A DNA stretch of 63,942 nucleotides, counting the filler, from Choristocarpus tenellus KU-1152 (Eukaryota; Protista; Phaeophyceae), in assembly GCA_964200185.2 (NCBI GenBank). It is 10 parts of 10 records of this genome, joined end to end, with 100 filler letters (N's around TTAATTAATTAA, not from the genome) between each part and the next. Parts side by side here need not be neighbours in the genome. Positions count along the whole stretch, not along the records: positions 11,566 to 24,721 come from CAXNAD020001567.1; 9 more parts are not named here. One strand, written 5' to 3'. The notes below the pieces were generated by a model. The model made no database searches. It saw nothing but the letters and a program-made list of their open reading frames with translations, and was not told where the DNA came from. Each line of letters starts with the position of its first letter. The first letter of the stretch is position 1. A program made the position numbers and the translations under genes. Below, one piece after another: positions 11,815-24,512 of this stretch.

Positions 11815-13581
11815 TTGACACATAACAACTGCAACATATCACAAAAACCTCAGTTAGTGAGGTCTGGAACTCAACCTCACAATCAGCAACCACATCATAC
11901 AGCGGAAGAGATGCATGGACAGGGGATGCGCAATGGAGATGCGCTTATCACGAGTGCTAGGCGAGAATGGGATGCTTCTCATAAGCCCTGCTTTATTCTA
12001 CCAGTTCAAACTCGCCCACGTACACCCTTCAACTCCTCGCCACTAACACCTCTTCCACAGAGTCATAGGTGTGATAAAATGGTTGGGACAAAATTTCTTA
12101 AGGCTGTAAGGCCGAATGAGAGCAAGAGAAGTGCAATCAGAAAACGTCCACGAACAGGAGAAACTGTGAGTGGGCGTCGTGGACCTAAATCCGTCAGGCA
12201 GCTGTTCATCGAGGAGATGCAGGGCTTGTGCAAAGGGGACTGGGTAGGAGCACTCCATGCTCTGAGGGTGGCCAAAGAATGCGGTACGCATCTCGACAAC
12301 CATATGTACTGTGCGTGTATCAATGTTATGGCGAAGAACAAGAGATGGGAAGAGGCAGTGGCACTACTGCAGGACATGCGGAAATATGGTATTTCCCCAG
12401 ATGTCGTAACATACACCGCCGTTATCCACGCTTGCCGTAACGGGAGGCAGTGGAAAGTTGCAGTTTTCTTGCTGGAGGATATGCGAAATAACGGTGTTTT
12501 CCCCAATGTATACTCCTATAGTGCTGCCATAACTGCGTGTGGCGAGGGAGGGCAATGGGAAAGGGCTGTGTCGTTGCTAGAGGAGATGTCAGCGGATGGG
12601 GTATACCCCGATTTCATCAGCTACAATGCAGCCATCGATGCATGCGGCAAGAAGGGTCAATGGGAATGGGCTTTGTCTCTACTGGATGATATGCCACGCA
12701 ATGGGGTCTTCCCTGACGTGGGAAGCTACGCAGCGACTATCAAGGCATGTGGTAATGGGGGGCAGTGGGAAAAAGCCTTGGCCTTGCTAGAGGAGATGCA
12801 ACGCAAGGGGGTATCCCCCGATGTCCGTACCTACAACAGAGTAATAACTGCATGTGGGAAGGGGGGCAAGTGGGAACACGTCCTGTCCTTGCTGAAGGAG
12901 ATGCCAGCCAAAGGTGTTGCTCCTGACGTCGTCAGCTACAACGCTTGCATCGACGCCTGCGGCAAGAGTGGGCAGTGGGAAGAGGCATTGTCTTTGTTGC
13001 GGGAGATGCGAAACCAGGAGATCTCTCCTGATGTCATCAGTTTTACCGTCGCTATCAATGCATGTCGCCATGGAAGGCAGTGGAGACGCGCCGTTTCCTT
13101 GTTGGAGGAGATGCGAGACATTGGGGTTTCGCCCAATGTCTACTCCTATAGTGTAGCCATTGCTGCATGTGGAGACGGGGGACAGTGGGAACAGGCTCTG
13201 TCCTTGCTGGACGAGATGCCTGATAAAGGAGTCTCCCCTGATGCTGGAAGCTTTTCAACTGCCATTGAAGCATGTGGTAATTGTGCTCAGTGGGAACAAG
13301 CACTCTCTTTGCTGAAGAATATGTCAGGCAAAGGTGTTTCTGCCAATGTGTTCTGCTACAATGCAGCTATCAATGCATGCCATAGGGGAGGGCAGTGGAA
13401 GCAGGCCTTGATTTTGCTGGAGAATATGCTACAGGAAGGAGTTTCTTCCAATGCATGTACCTATACCACTGTGATTGAGGCGTGCAATGATGCTGGGCAA
13501 TGGGAAGAGGCATGGCGTTGCTGGAGAACAAGCCAGCTGAAAGGTTTTCGTCAAGTCTCTGCTCCTGTAACACGGCTCTAG
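11815..13581 (+). CDS. P-class pentatricopeptide repeat (PPR) protein, single exon
   Basis: Eleven complete 35-aa repeats (consensus VxSYxAAIxACGxxGQWExALSLLxEMxxxGVxPD) plus a 12th broken by a frameshift near 13513. The track start at 11815 is TTG; the real ATG is more likely 11911 or 12079. Confidence 0.93.
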   Translation: MTHNNCNISQKPQLVRSGTQPHNQQPHHTAEEMHGQGMRNGDALITSARREWDASHKPCFILPVQTRPRTPFNSSPLTPLPQSHRCDKMVGTKFLKAVRPNESKRSAIRKRPRTGETVSGRRGPKSVRQLFIEEMQGLCKGDWVGALHALRVAKECGTHLDNHMYCACINVMAKNKRWEEAVALLQDMRKYGISPDVVTYTAVIHACRNGRQWKVAVFLLEDMRNNGVFPNVYSYSAAITACGEGGQWERAVSLLEEMSADGVYPDFISYNAAIDACGKKGQWEWALSLLDDMPRNGVFPDVGSYAATIKACGNGGQWEKALALLEEMQRKGVSPDVRTYNRVITACGKGGKWEHVLSLLKEMPAKGVAPDVVSYNACIDACGKSGQWEEALSLLREMRNQEISPDVISFTVAINACRHGRQWRRAVSLLEEMRDIGVSPNVYSYSVAIAACGDGGQWEQALSLLDEMPDKGVSPDAGSFSTAIEACGNCAQWEQALSLLKNMSGKGVSANVFCYNAAINACHRGGQWKQALILLENMLQEGVSSNACTYTTVIEACNDAGQWEEAWRCWRTSQLKGFRQVSAPVTRL

Positions 13582-16500
13582 CTTTGTGTGGGATTGAAGG
13601 GGAGTGGCGTAAGGCCGAGGACTTGCCAGTAGAATGATATATCCACAGGTGTCAATATCACTGAGCAAATGTTGTGATGGGTCAAATGTGAAACGCATTT
13701 TTCCACTTGCATAGCAGAAAAGATGCTTTGGATCCTACCAGGTGCTAGAAGCAATCGCCACGGCTTTGAGTGGTGTAGCTATGCTCTATTTTTGGTAAGG
13801 AAAATATGATGCTTTGGTAAGGACCATTCCTAATGGCATAATTTGCATTGCACCTTTTTTACAATTCTTCAACCTGTACAAAAACTGCTTCTTCAGAGTT
13901 GTGATATTTCCTGATGCTTTTAAAAAACAATTTATTTTTCTATTTCTATTATTATTGTTATTCTTGTTGTGCAGTACTGTCTGTGCTCCGCCTAATGTTT
14001 CTGTTGGAGAGCTTGTCTAGTTGGAGCCAATGGTGTCTCTCTACACTGAAGATTTTTGTCTCCCTTCTTTTTCTTTTCTGAACAGTGAGTTTTGTACATT
14101 TGTCGATGTACGTTTGAAGGCTTGCACACATGATGATCCCCGACAGTTGGTAGGAATGTTTTTTTTCTCATTTCAATTGACAAAGCAAAAAATGCAACAT
14201 TTTCTTGTGTCGAAGGACCGACCCTAAATGTCACTGTTGCTATAATGACCTCAGTGACATAAGCTGTGGACATTACTGAAAGGGGGTGTGACAAGGGTGA
14301 ACATGGTGAGCTTACTAGTAGAACAACATTCGACGAGAAAAAAGGAAGTAATGAGTCAGTCCAAACCTGAGGATTACATTTTTGTTATCACAACTAACAA
14401 AAGAGCAGGGGTGATGGATTTTGCGCGTTCTGTCTTCGCCTTTCAACATTTCTTACTCCACCACCCCTTTGATTGCTCTGCTTTTGATAGACATTTTTTG
14501 AAATGATACATCCCCTGATTCTTGATTGGGGTTAAACACATTTCCCGTACCAGAATATTGTCGAGCTCACTTGTCCTCCAACTTGCACTTTAGGGAGGAT
14601 AAGTGTTTGATTTTTTTGCAGATGTGAGTCCTTGAGGAATAAAAATGCCTTTGTTAGTGTTTGATGTTCATTGTCTTGGCTGCAACTGTGTTGTGTCGAC
14701 GGAGATAACGAAGAAGTATTGCACCAATTACTGAATACTTCCAAGTATAAATTGTCTCATTGAAAGCTTGTTGATATTTACACTTCTTGGACAACAAAAC
14801 ACTTGACACTATGTTATACCCGTAACACTGGAGACAGCAATCTACTTACTACCATGTAGTACCCGTAATAGCCTAGTCCAAAATATACTGGTGCGTTCAA
14901 CACTACCATGCAATGCTTTGTGACACTACGATAAAAAACATACCTAACATTTAGGAAAATGTGAAGTCTGTTAACAGAGGATGATATAGGATGTTAGGAG
15001 TATAATGTTGTCCAAGGTGTGCAATAACTTTCACAAAATGAGTGGACAATGGAGAGGGGGGAGGGGCTGCAAATATTCACTGATTTGAGTCTATCGATTC
15101 CAGTTGAGACAATGATAGAGAACAACCATGAGAATATTTGGCTGTTTAACGACTTTTCAGATATGGCAGACATTACACACCTTGGAAGTCGTAACATTAA
15201 ACATTATGCTATGCCCATAACACCAGAGATGAAAGTGATATATAGTGCCCTTAATGCTCCAGTCCAGAACAACGTTCGGCACCATATAATGCTTGTAACA
15301 CTTAGGTCCAAAACATACAAACAAGTGTTACGTACATGACATTCGCAAAATCTTTAAATTGTGCTATGGGAGTATATTGTTGGCAACATGTTGAGTATGT
15401 TTGTACACTTTCCTTTAATTTTTATTAGGGCTCATTAGTGAGCTCAGAAAAAATTCACTGCCTTTTTCCCACACCCTCAAGAACATTCTGTCCAACTTCA
15501 ATCCCCAACCCATGCCAGTATTTCATTGCTACATACTATGCGTGATGTCTTGTGATCCAGTGTTGATTGCACTGCACGTCCTGCATACAAGGGCTGAGCT
15601 CGATATTCTTAAGTGTATTCTTACAAGATATCTTAATTGACACATATTTCGTTACTAAGGTTTGGTCCCATTGACTGTGAAGATGGAAATACGTCGAAAG
15701 TTAGAAGAACAAGATCATGTAAATAGATTGTTAGAGAGAAAAGAAAAATGGAATGAAAGGATTCAATATTGGAAATCCTTCAATCTCATTTTTTTTCAAG
15801 GGAGGAGACAAGAAATACCTGGGATTTCAGGATGCAATAAGTTGAATACTTTTGGGGTTGCAAACCAAACGAAGCAGGTGTATACCGCTCGTTGTACTTG
15901 TGTATGACTTCCACATGCAGTGTAATTGAAATGTTTATTATTTTCTGCCCACTGGCAGTTCATGTCCGTGATTATGGGTACATAGATAGCAGCAAAATTC
16001 TTTGAATCGATCTACTCTTACAGTACTCTCGAGTAGTATTCTACACACGATGTATATGCGCATCCTGAGCATAGGGGGAGACAGTCGATACATGATGAAA
16101 GACTCACTGGGATGGGGAAGGCATATTTACTACACTGTACTACTTCTGACAATTGCAGTGGCACTACTATTGGTACACCATTTATGTTGTACCTCTAAAA
16201 TATGTGGAACATACAGTATTATTGTTGTCTACAACACTAAATTTAACATCAAGTTCCATACTGTAGTACAGTTGTATAGGAACCGAGCTTGTTTGCTGGC
16301 TTCACTTTGAGAGCATTTTGGATTTTTGCGTGGAGGAAGTACAGAGAAGTAGCCTAATCGCTCCCTCTTTCAATATAATTTTGTCACCACCTATACTTAT
16401 TTTCTACTTGTGGTAAATAACTCGTCGACCTATGGGTAACGACTCAGCGCCATTCGGAACAGGGTTTGAGTTACAGGCCGTGCTCTTCGGTGACACCTTT

Positions 16501-17105
16501 CACTTCACAAACCCATCTGAGGTATAAAGGAAGCGATTACCGTAATGTTGACCTCAGGCATTACCAACAAATCAAGAGTTCCTACCAGTGACATTGCTAC
16601 CAGTGGCAACAACTTCTTCAGAAAACTGCTAGTCGGAACTACTGGCAAGACAGAGGTCCAGATGCTCCTTGTGGAGAAGCGACAAGCAGCTCCTCTCCAC
16701 TCTCCACAACATCAAGCCAGAACCTACGGGAAATATGTGGGCGTCTGTGATGTTGTCCTCAGTCACGCCTGAGAGAAATAGGAAGAAATTACAGTACTTG
16801 ATATCAACAGACTTTGACAGACAGTATATTGAGTAGAGTCTGTCAACTTTTTAGTTCTATTGTGCTCTGTTTCTGTTTCAATAATTGTATGGTGATGATA
16901 GTGATGTGTGTGGGCAAATGTGGATGTTGTGTCGATTCTTTCTGCTTCTGTTGTGAATCTCAGATAGATTTCCTTTAACCTATTTGTTATTTCACTACTA
17001 TCTATGTTATACCACTGCCTTCCTGTGCCTCCAATCTACCTATTCCTGTGCCTCAGGGTGAGGAGTTAGGGAGGCATTCCAAGAATCCAACAAACCCCTC
17101 CGTGC

Positions 17106-17340
17106 TCATCTCCCTGGTGACTCCAGCTTAAAACGCATGACACGTCTAGACATTGCCACTTGCGTAGTTACTGAGACAGTTTGGCGTAGTCGGGATTTAA
17201 CCGTTTCGTTTCTGCTATATCCTCCAGTTCCTCTCCCCCCCACCATGTGTGTAGCCAGGTCATCCAGGAAGCATTCCGCTTGCTTGCCGAGGCACCCAAA
17301 ACTTTCCACCGCGAAGGTGTTGAGGCTATAACGTTCTATA
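17106..17340 (-). mobile_element. 5'-truncated non-LTR retrotransposon end with restriction-like endonuclease (CRE/NeSL type)
   Basis: YSLNTFAVESFGCLGKQAECFLDDLA...KSRLRQTVSVTTQ matches the FxxExxGxxG...(F)LxxLA...QxxSV C-terminal pattern of RLE-type elements. Confidence 0.75.
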
Positions 17341-18442
17341 TAGTACAAAATATGAGAGGGTAGTGTGATCTCATAACGTAACATTTTACTCCGAAGTATA
17401 TTAAACTAAGACAAGGCATTACACTACGTCAAAAGACCAAAACAATGTTATCCATCCATTACACTTAACACAAAAGTATGTGCAACTCTACCACATACAA
17501 GCATATCATCTACTCTTCCTGTAACACTCCAGTCCAAAACATACATTATATGTACTCGAGTTTACTTAGTATACAGTAATTCAAGGAGGACTTTGCACCA
17601 AACTAGGAAATAAAAAAAGTTCCTTCCACTGGCCAGGCCAGTCCCACAATTATTTGATATGTCCTGGTCTATGCCCACAGAGTGTTTTCTGGATCCATGT
17701 CCACTGGATGATCAGTCTAACCTTTTTCCTTGCATGTCCGGACCATGACCGTCCGTGAGTTCAATTATTTTCTGCCAAGTCCGGACCATGCCCACTGTGT
17801 GTTACACACGAACTAAAAATCACAGACACACACAATATATCTTGTATCAAATTTGCTATTTTGATATTCTATATTAAAACAGAAATAATATATAATTATC
17901 ACTACTGTCAGGGACAGGTCACCTTTTTTGGGACCTCCAACATTGATAAGGATAATACGCGCGGTCATATAGATTTGTGTGCGTCACCTTTTGCAATTGA
18001 GCCCAGGACAAGTGATGTGTTGTGGGTCAGATGCACGACTGGCACGTGATAACCCCGACATGAATAATTGATTCAAACCAGCAAAGCCCGAGATTGAGTT
18101 TTCTGCACTGACTGGTCACAACCAATCACATTGAAGATTGATCTACATTTTTACTGAGGTTGTCAACATACACCCAGCATGCCTCAGTCTCATCTTTCAC
18201 TACCTTTCTGAACCTCATCTCTGGTGGTTCTCATCACCCCCCATCACACAGAACCAGGCCCCATTACACTACATATAATATATTTAGAACTTATACACGT
18301 TGAAATTTGAAATTTAGGATACATTATTCCAAAGTGTTAAAATATAAAATTGGAGGCATGGTCATGAGGTGACCCACCCATCGTAAAAAATATATTACTT
18401 TTCTTGGCATAGATAAAAGATTCAAACATGGGCAACTTCGTG

Positions 18443-18585
18443 GCCATCGCTTACTCAACATGATGGGGATACTGCCCAACCATGTTCGAATCTTTTTTAG
18501 TTTGAACATGGTCGAGCCCATGGCCATCACTTACTCAACATGACCGGGCCCCTAACGGTCACGTATAACCAAGTTCGAACATGAC
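18443..18585. repeat. Imperfect direct repeat, ~80-bp period
   Basis: GGCCATC(G/A)CTTACTCAACATGA ... AACCA(T/A)GTTCGAA occurs twice, inside a CCATG-rich repetitive stretch spanning about 17630-18660. Confidence 0.6.
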
Positions 18586-19222
18586 CGTTTCAACATAGCA
18601 GGACCATGAACTGAACCTGGGCTATATGGCCAACAGTGGACGTGGTAACTACCCAGCCCAATGAAAAGCCCTAACTATAACATGCGTATTTCGCATTTTC
18701 AAATTGCGAAATTTAGTATTAATTTATAAATAGGGAATTATTGGTTAAAATAGTATTACAAAAGATTTCCTTTGTCCAAGGTGTGAAATGTTGAGGGGAC
18801 TATTTATGCGATCGTGTGCGAGAGGAGATGGAAGGACTATAATAGAGATGAAAATCATTACGCTTGGAGTGTTTTCGTATTTTGACCTGCAAAAAGTTAG
18901 ACGACACTAGAGTAAGGAATCCATGGTAAAACTTCCTATATCGGAGTAGACTAATTCGTTTGCCGCAGCTTTATTGATAAATTAGACCAAGTACTAAGGT
19001 GTCAAACACTAACCCTAACCTCGAACTTCTACTCTACCCCTAAGTTGAAGTTCAAGTCTATCCCTAACCCTAACCCTTACCCTTACCCTAAGTACTGTGG
19101 AAAGACTTCCAAGTCTGTCCGATTTTTAAAAGAGGTACGACAAACGATCTAATTCACTCCAACCTTGGAAATTTGAAATTAGACCAGATTCCACATTAAT
19201 TACTCCGATCTACTCAGTTAGT

Positions 19223-19464
19223 GAGCCAAACCCAGGCAGCATTTTTAGCATCCCGAGAAAGGGCAAAAATATACCATTTGTATGGTTGAAGAAAGACTCT
19301 TTGCTGATTGTGGTGTCTTTTTGTTTGCGGAGAGGGGGAATATCAATTTTGCTTACATTATTGTGAACATAGAAGCAATGAAATAGAGTGTATTGCACAG
19401 GGAAAGAGATATGAGCTAGATTGTAAATGGTCCAAACCTGCTCACCTCTTAATTTGTTTGGTTC
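19223..19464 (-). mobile_element. MITE family 2 (GAGCC...GG(C/T)TC termini)
   Basis: Reverse complement aligns with 37624-37880 and 38076-38331 (GCAGGTTTGGACC, TTTCATTGCTT.TATG, AAATTGATATTCCC); flanks AGT/AGT. Confidence 0.8.
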
Positions 19465-19953
19465 AGTAATATTGTTGTTTGTTGTTTTAGTTATTCCCAA
19501 GTTTTTGTTCCACAAGATAATATTCATAATACATACAGATTACTACTACTAGTAATGCGTACATTATTATTGTTCCATTCATTTTTTCCATTGTAGTTTG
19601 TGTAGGGACTATCCCCTCCTGTAGTCAGGGGCACTACACACTAATTCTACACAATGTACTACTCATTATACTAGAACTCTAACTAGTAGTAAGATACTTA
19701 CAACCACTGTTGCACAACAATTAATATTACTCCTTCTATTCCTGCCTTGCTTCTCTTGACTACACTCGCATTGTTCATCCATCTCTTCCTTTGAATCTTG
19801 TCTCAGACCAACCTTGAGGTTCCTCCTTGATCTTGGTCTATCTTTTTTCGGGTGTAACGACAGACAGTACAGTGTAGTAGTGGTGATATTCTATTGTTGT
19901 TTCGCCATATTATGGATCAGGGTCGTCGAGACACAATTCCGTGAAAAGAAGTT

Positions 19954-20027
19954 TGGTGTTGGAGGGGTTCGAACCTGCTACTTTCGCACTGCTGGTCGTC
20001 ACCATATCACTTAACCACATCACCAAC
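19954..20027 (-). pseudogene. tRNA-like sequence (tRNA pseudogene or SINE head)
   Basis: GTTGG...CCAAC acceptor pairing, A-box-like TGGTTAAGTG, perfect B box GGTTCGAACCC and encoded 3' ACCA; the anticodon arm does not pair well. Confidence 0.6.
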
Positions 20028-20299
20028 TAAACAACGAACTAAAAATATAATTTTCGTGAGAAATTCCAAAAAATGTTGGAGACTGCACACGCCTTCTGAC
20101 ATGATGTGGAAGTTTGGGTGAAAGACGAAGGAGGGAAGAGTAAGAGGACACCTTTGTAGAGTGTGCAGCCAAAGGCGCACGAGACTAACCCAGTGATAGC
20201 GATTTGCTTCTTGTGAGCCTTCCCATATTGTGCATATCTCTCACTGGTCAACTAAAGTTGAGGGAGAATACGATCCAGTTTATTCTAGACCTCTAGGGA

Positions 20300-20503
20300 T
20301 TAGGGGAACGATTCTCTGAAAGACGCTATTGTGCGATCTGCGAAACCGCCAACACCACCAATCATTCCACAGGAGTAGGCTAGCAAGAGAAGGGTGCCAG
20401 TTCTTTTGTTTTTCAAGGTACTATTGAGCTGTTCCAGTTGCTTTGAAGAACATTCGACTGGCATCAGGACGGAGAAGCCGAGGGCATTGGTCAAAACTCT
20501 CTG
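20300..20503 (-). CDS. Possible exon of an unidentified gene divergent from TSG101
   Basis: Pyrimidine tract plus CAG, then QRVLTNALGFSVLMPVEC...FRESFP*. No motif recognised and upstream exons not resolved. Confidence 0.3.
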   Translation of the reverse strand, partial: QRVLTNALGFSVLMPVECSSKQLEQLNSTLKNKRTGTLLLLAYSCGMIGGVGGFADRTIASFRESFP

Positions 20504-21095
20504 CTGTGTGGTGTGGAGAGGGAGATGAACCGGTCGGTAAACGTCAATCAGCTTGTGGAAAGTTTCCACCCTCGTTATAAGGTAAGTTTTTTGAAATGGA
20601 TGCCGATATACTTTTTTGGAAGGAATATGAGCGTCTACATTTGAAGTGGTAGTTGGAATCGAGGTTGGTCGGGGTGTTGTTAACGGGATGGCAGTAAGTA
20701 GTATGCTGTGTTTTACCATTCCTAGGAAACTCCTTGTGTTGAAAGCCTATGCTTTCGATTTTACCTCTTATTTTCCTTTGGGGCACGCCTCGTTCACTTC
20801 TGGAGTTTGGTGGAGTTCGTCCTCTTCGGAACTTGAATTTGCCGAGTCCCAATTTCCCACTGAACGCCTCAAATGGTCTAGTTTAATGCTCAACATATCA
20901 AGGCCTGGTGGGAAAGATTGCTGATGACTTCATTCCATTACCTACAAGCTATCTGTAATCTCTCACTTTATACTGTAGATCAGTCTTGGTGATTTGCTTA
21001 CAATTAGGACAGACGGAAGAGGTTGTACAAGAGGCCGTCCACCTTGATTTTTTTAGACCTTGGCCACGCTCTGTTCGTTAGTTATTTACTTCCAG

Positions 21096-24000
21096 GTAAA
21101 ACAACTCATTCAAGGTAGTGCTGACTGCGTTGATCCCTACCACCTGGCGCTTTGGTCAAAGGTCAAGTACAAAAGAGATGCCAAAACTCTGACTCCAATC
21201 TCGCAACTGTTTCTTTACCCATTGTGCACCTGCCTACATTATAAAGGAAGTGCACCGCATCAAGCAGGACATCAACAATGTACTACGATTTTCGAACAAC
21301 CTTGACCCCAAGAGTGGAACTCTCAGTGAGTGAACAATTGTAGTTATACTCCCTTGTACTAGTGTGTAGTATTTGACCTTATTTTGCCCTTGCTCTCTTT
21401 TGTGTCCTTACCTTTCCTCCCGCTTTGCTTATCTGTGATGGAACACTTTGATGGGACTAACTTGATGATTGTTGTCACCTTTAGGATATTTGGTGCTGTT
21501 TTGGTCCTTACATAACCATAAACAAATGGGACACCCAAGACATCTCCAGATATTCAACATTTTTTTTAAGAGACAAATTTAAAGCCTTTGAAGGAAGAGA
21601 GTGTCTCAATCATACAAGTTTGACTCCTCCTTGACTACTATGGACTACTATTGATTGATTGATATGGTTATTGGACTCATTTTTGGGATTGGAGATGGCA
21701 AAAATCCTTCCAGTGAGAGCTGGGATGATGTGTGACATGTGGCTACCTGGCCGATTGAGCATTTTTTCTACAGCAATTGTTTGTTGTATTTCTGTTACTT
21801 ATCTTTCATAATAAGTGCTACTTTCGTGAACAAGGCACATTGAGTGTACACTTGTGGTTGCCAGGTTTCAGCAAATACTTTATGCTTCGCCACATCTTTG
21901 GTCCTAGTTATTATATGGAAGTGAAAGTTCATGGTATTCATTTCTTTTTGTCAGTTTGTCGTGTCTTCTACCCCGCCCCTCCCCCACATTCACAGAATCA
22001 ATGAAGTGAAGTTTTTTTGTCGGATGTTAGGGTCTAAGAACTGACATCTCTGCCTGGATTGGAAGCACTTTCCATGCTTATGGGTTTGTGTGTATGTTAG
22101 ATATTATTTTCATGAGCGTTATTTCCATGGATGTTGTGACTTGGTAGATGATGAGGCATATAAAAAATACCATCCCAATCCACTTAGCCCTCCTGTGTTG
22201 TTGCCGCTGAACAGCATTAAACACAGGCCGAGTTTGCACCCTGATTGAGCTGGTTGGGACCATTGAGATGACATATCGGGGTCACACATACAACACTCCT
22301 GTTGAGGTGGGACATGGCTTCTACAACTGAGGCAGGAATTGACCATTTGGTGTTTTTTTATGGACAAATGTCGCAGGTCTTGCTTGTTAAGGTTAGGGCT
22401 AAGATTTGTTTGAGGGGTAAAGATTCGGTGAAAGACGTCCTTGAGTACTCTCTCTCTATGTGATGTGTTTTTTCGGATCTTCCACTACTAGCGAGCCTTG
22501 AGCATAGGTGATGTGGTTGTAGTGGATTTGATTACACCTTATTATATCCCAGCTATTACACACGTTGCTGTCTGCACCAGAGCACGCACTCTACTTTTTT
22601 TGTATTTATTTTGTCCTATTCATTTGGCATGGGTGATCTCTCCTGAAGTTAGGGTTATGGTTATATGAAACTTTTCCACCCGCACTTTGAAGATGAGCAT
22701 GTGCTTCCAATAGTTAGATTATTTGTAGTATTTTAATTTTATAGGTATTGTTGATTGCGCTGTCTTTTATTCCTGGTATTAGCACACTGTCGATGAGCAA
22801 CACCTGCGGCAGTTCATTCTGTTCTTGCTTGCTTTATCACCTATCCCGTGTTCAAAAGGAAGTGCCTTTTTAGAGGAGTATGATACGGACACCACCACCA
22901 CTACTCTGGCATTGTGGTCAGATCATCACCAACCACAATGTGTATGTTTTCTGATGCGGATTCCTGAAGATATCTGAGGGCATGGTAGCCTCCTTACGAA
23001 CACTGGCAAAATCAAAGTTTGACCATTGTGAATACCCATCATTGCCCGTTCTGGACAATGCTATACTCTGGAATCTCACTCCGATGCCTGACTCAATCGC
23101 CAGCTCTGTGGTAAACCCTACCCTCAACTTCACCCCTATCTCTTATCACTTAAACTACTAGAGTGAACCTTAATAAAATACCCAACAATTTTTCTGCTCA
23201 TCATCATAAGGAACAATGATAGCAGAGGCTGATTTTGATGGTACTTTCACTGTGTGAATATGCAAGAAATTCTTGGCAGTGTTTGGGTGCACCCTATGCT
23301 GTTGGTGAATAAGGTCATACCATCCTACCAACCCCTCTCCCTTCTGCTGGATTAGTTGGTGACCTACCAAAGACTACGTGTGGTATACTGTAATGTGTAG
23401 AACTCTATCCCTAACCCTACCTGATTCTCAACCCTAACCCTTATTTGTCCATGACAGATATATCTCCCTGAGAGTTACCCTCAAACACCTCCGATGGTAT
23501 ATGTGAGGCCGCAGACTGGGATGTCTCTGAAGATTGGACACCAGCACGTAGATCGCAATGGCATGGTTTACCTGCCTTATCTTCATGACTGGGCAGCTGC
23601 AACCCACAATCTTGTGACGTTGTGTGCAACCATGTCCAGTGTGTTTGGGGCTGACCCTCCTGTAAGCGTATGTTTTGGGTATTTCTTTGATGGTGGGCAA
23701 GGTGCTCAGATTTTACTTAAAAAAAATCATTTGTTGTATGTAGGTACATGCGCTCCAGGTTATCTCCATGCTTTGTGCTCTTAGTAGTTGTTTTGAATAG
23801 CGGGTTCTTATCCCCACCAGTGTAATGCAGATAGTGATACTGAAGTGTACTGCTGTAAGGTAAATTAATGCCTTGAAGTATGTAAGTAATCTCTAAGTTA
23901 TGCCCCTCCCCCAAGTCAGGCACCCTTGTGTCCACATTCACAATTTGCAGCAGCAGCAGTTAATGCAAGGTTGCAGATTGTGACACACGAAGCTCAAGCC

Positions 24001-24363
24001 TGATGAGAGCCTTGACATGTATTTTTTCCGAGGTGACACTTCCTTCCGAACAAATTCCGTTTGTTCTGTTGACTGCTTTTGCAGTTATTTGTAACGCCGA
24101 AAACAGGACCACCTCCTCCAGCCCCAGGACATCAATCTATGTCTGGTGGGAACTACCTAGGGATGGGTGCTACAGGGGTAGGGACCACAGGGACTGCAGG
24201 TTCTGGAGGGGGAATATCGCCTGGACAATTATTCCCCCGCACCTCAGTGCAGGATGCTCCGAGATCGCTGGTTACACAAGCAGGTCGGGTTTCCCCAGCA
24301 TTGCCTCCAAGGCCCAAGGATGTTAGGGACGGGAAGGAAAGGGAGTTGACCATGATGCTGCAG
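21096..24363 (+). CDS. TSG101: ESCRT-I subunit TSG101/Vps23 (UEV domain plus Pro-rich region), partial
   Basis: Exons 21096-21161 (tentative), 21247-21325, 22215-22306, 23458-23661, 24085-24363 with matching phases: HRIKQDINNVL...LDPKSGTL-TLNTGRVCTLIELVGTIEMTYRGHTYNTPVE-IYLPESYPQTPPMVYVRP...HVDRNGMVYLPYLHDW...SSVFGADPPLF. Start codon not located; 3' end runs off the contig. Confidence 0.92.
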
Positions 24364-24485
24364 GTGACAGGATCCTTGAACTTGAACCCTGATTCTCTCG
24401 AAGAATTTGATGATGGCATGAACAGTATTAATAAACGGTTTTAGGGTGTGTGGAAGAGAATTGAGTTTTTTTTATTGGATTTAAA

Positions 24486-24512
24486 TAGTTGTAGTTGTAG
24501 TTGTAGTTGTAG
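24486..24512. repeat. (TAGTTG)n microsatellite
   Basis: About four tandem units seen directly. Confidence 0.85.

Noticed and set aside
14935-15340. Decayed RING-like (CEVC...CPRC.NNFH) and possibly viral ORF remnant
   Set aside because: Needs several frameshifts and stops to assemble; not supportable without a search.
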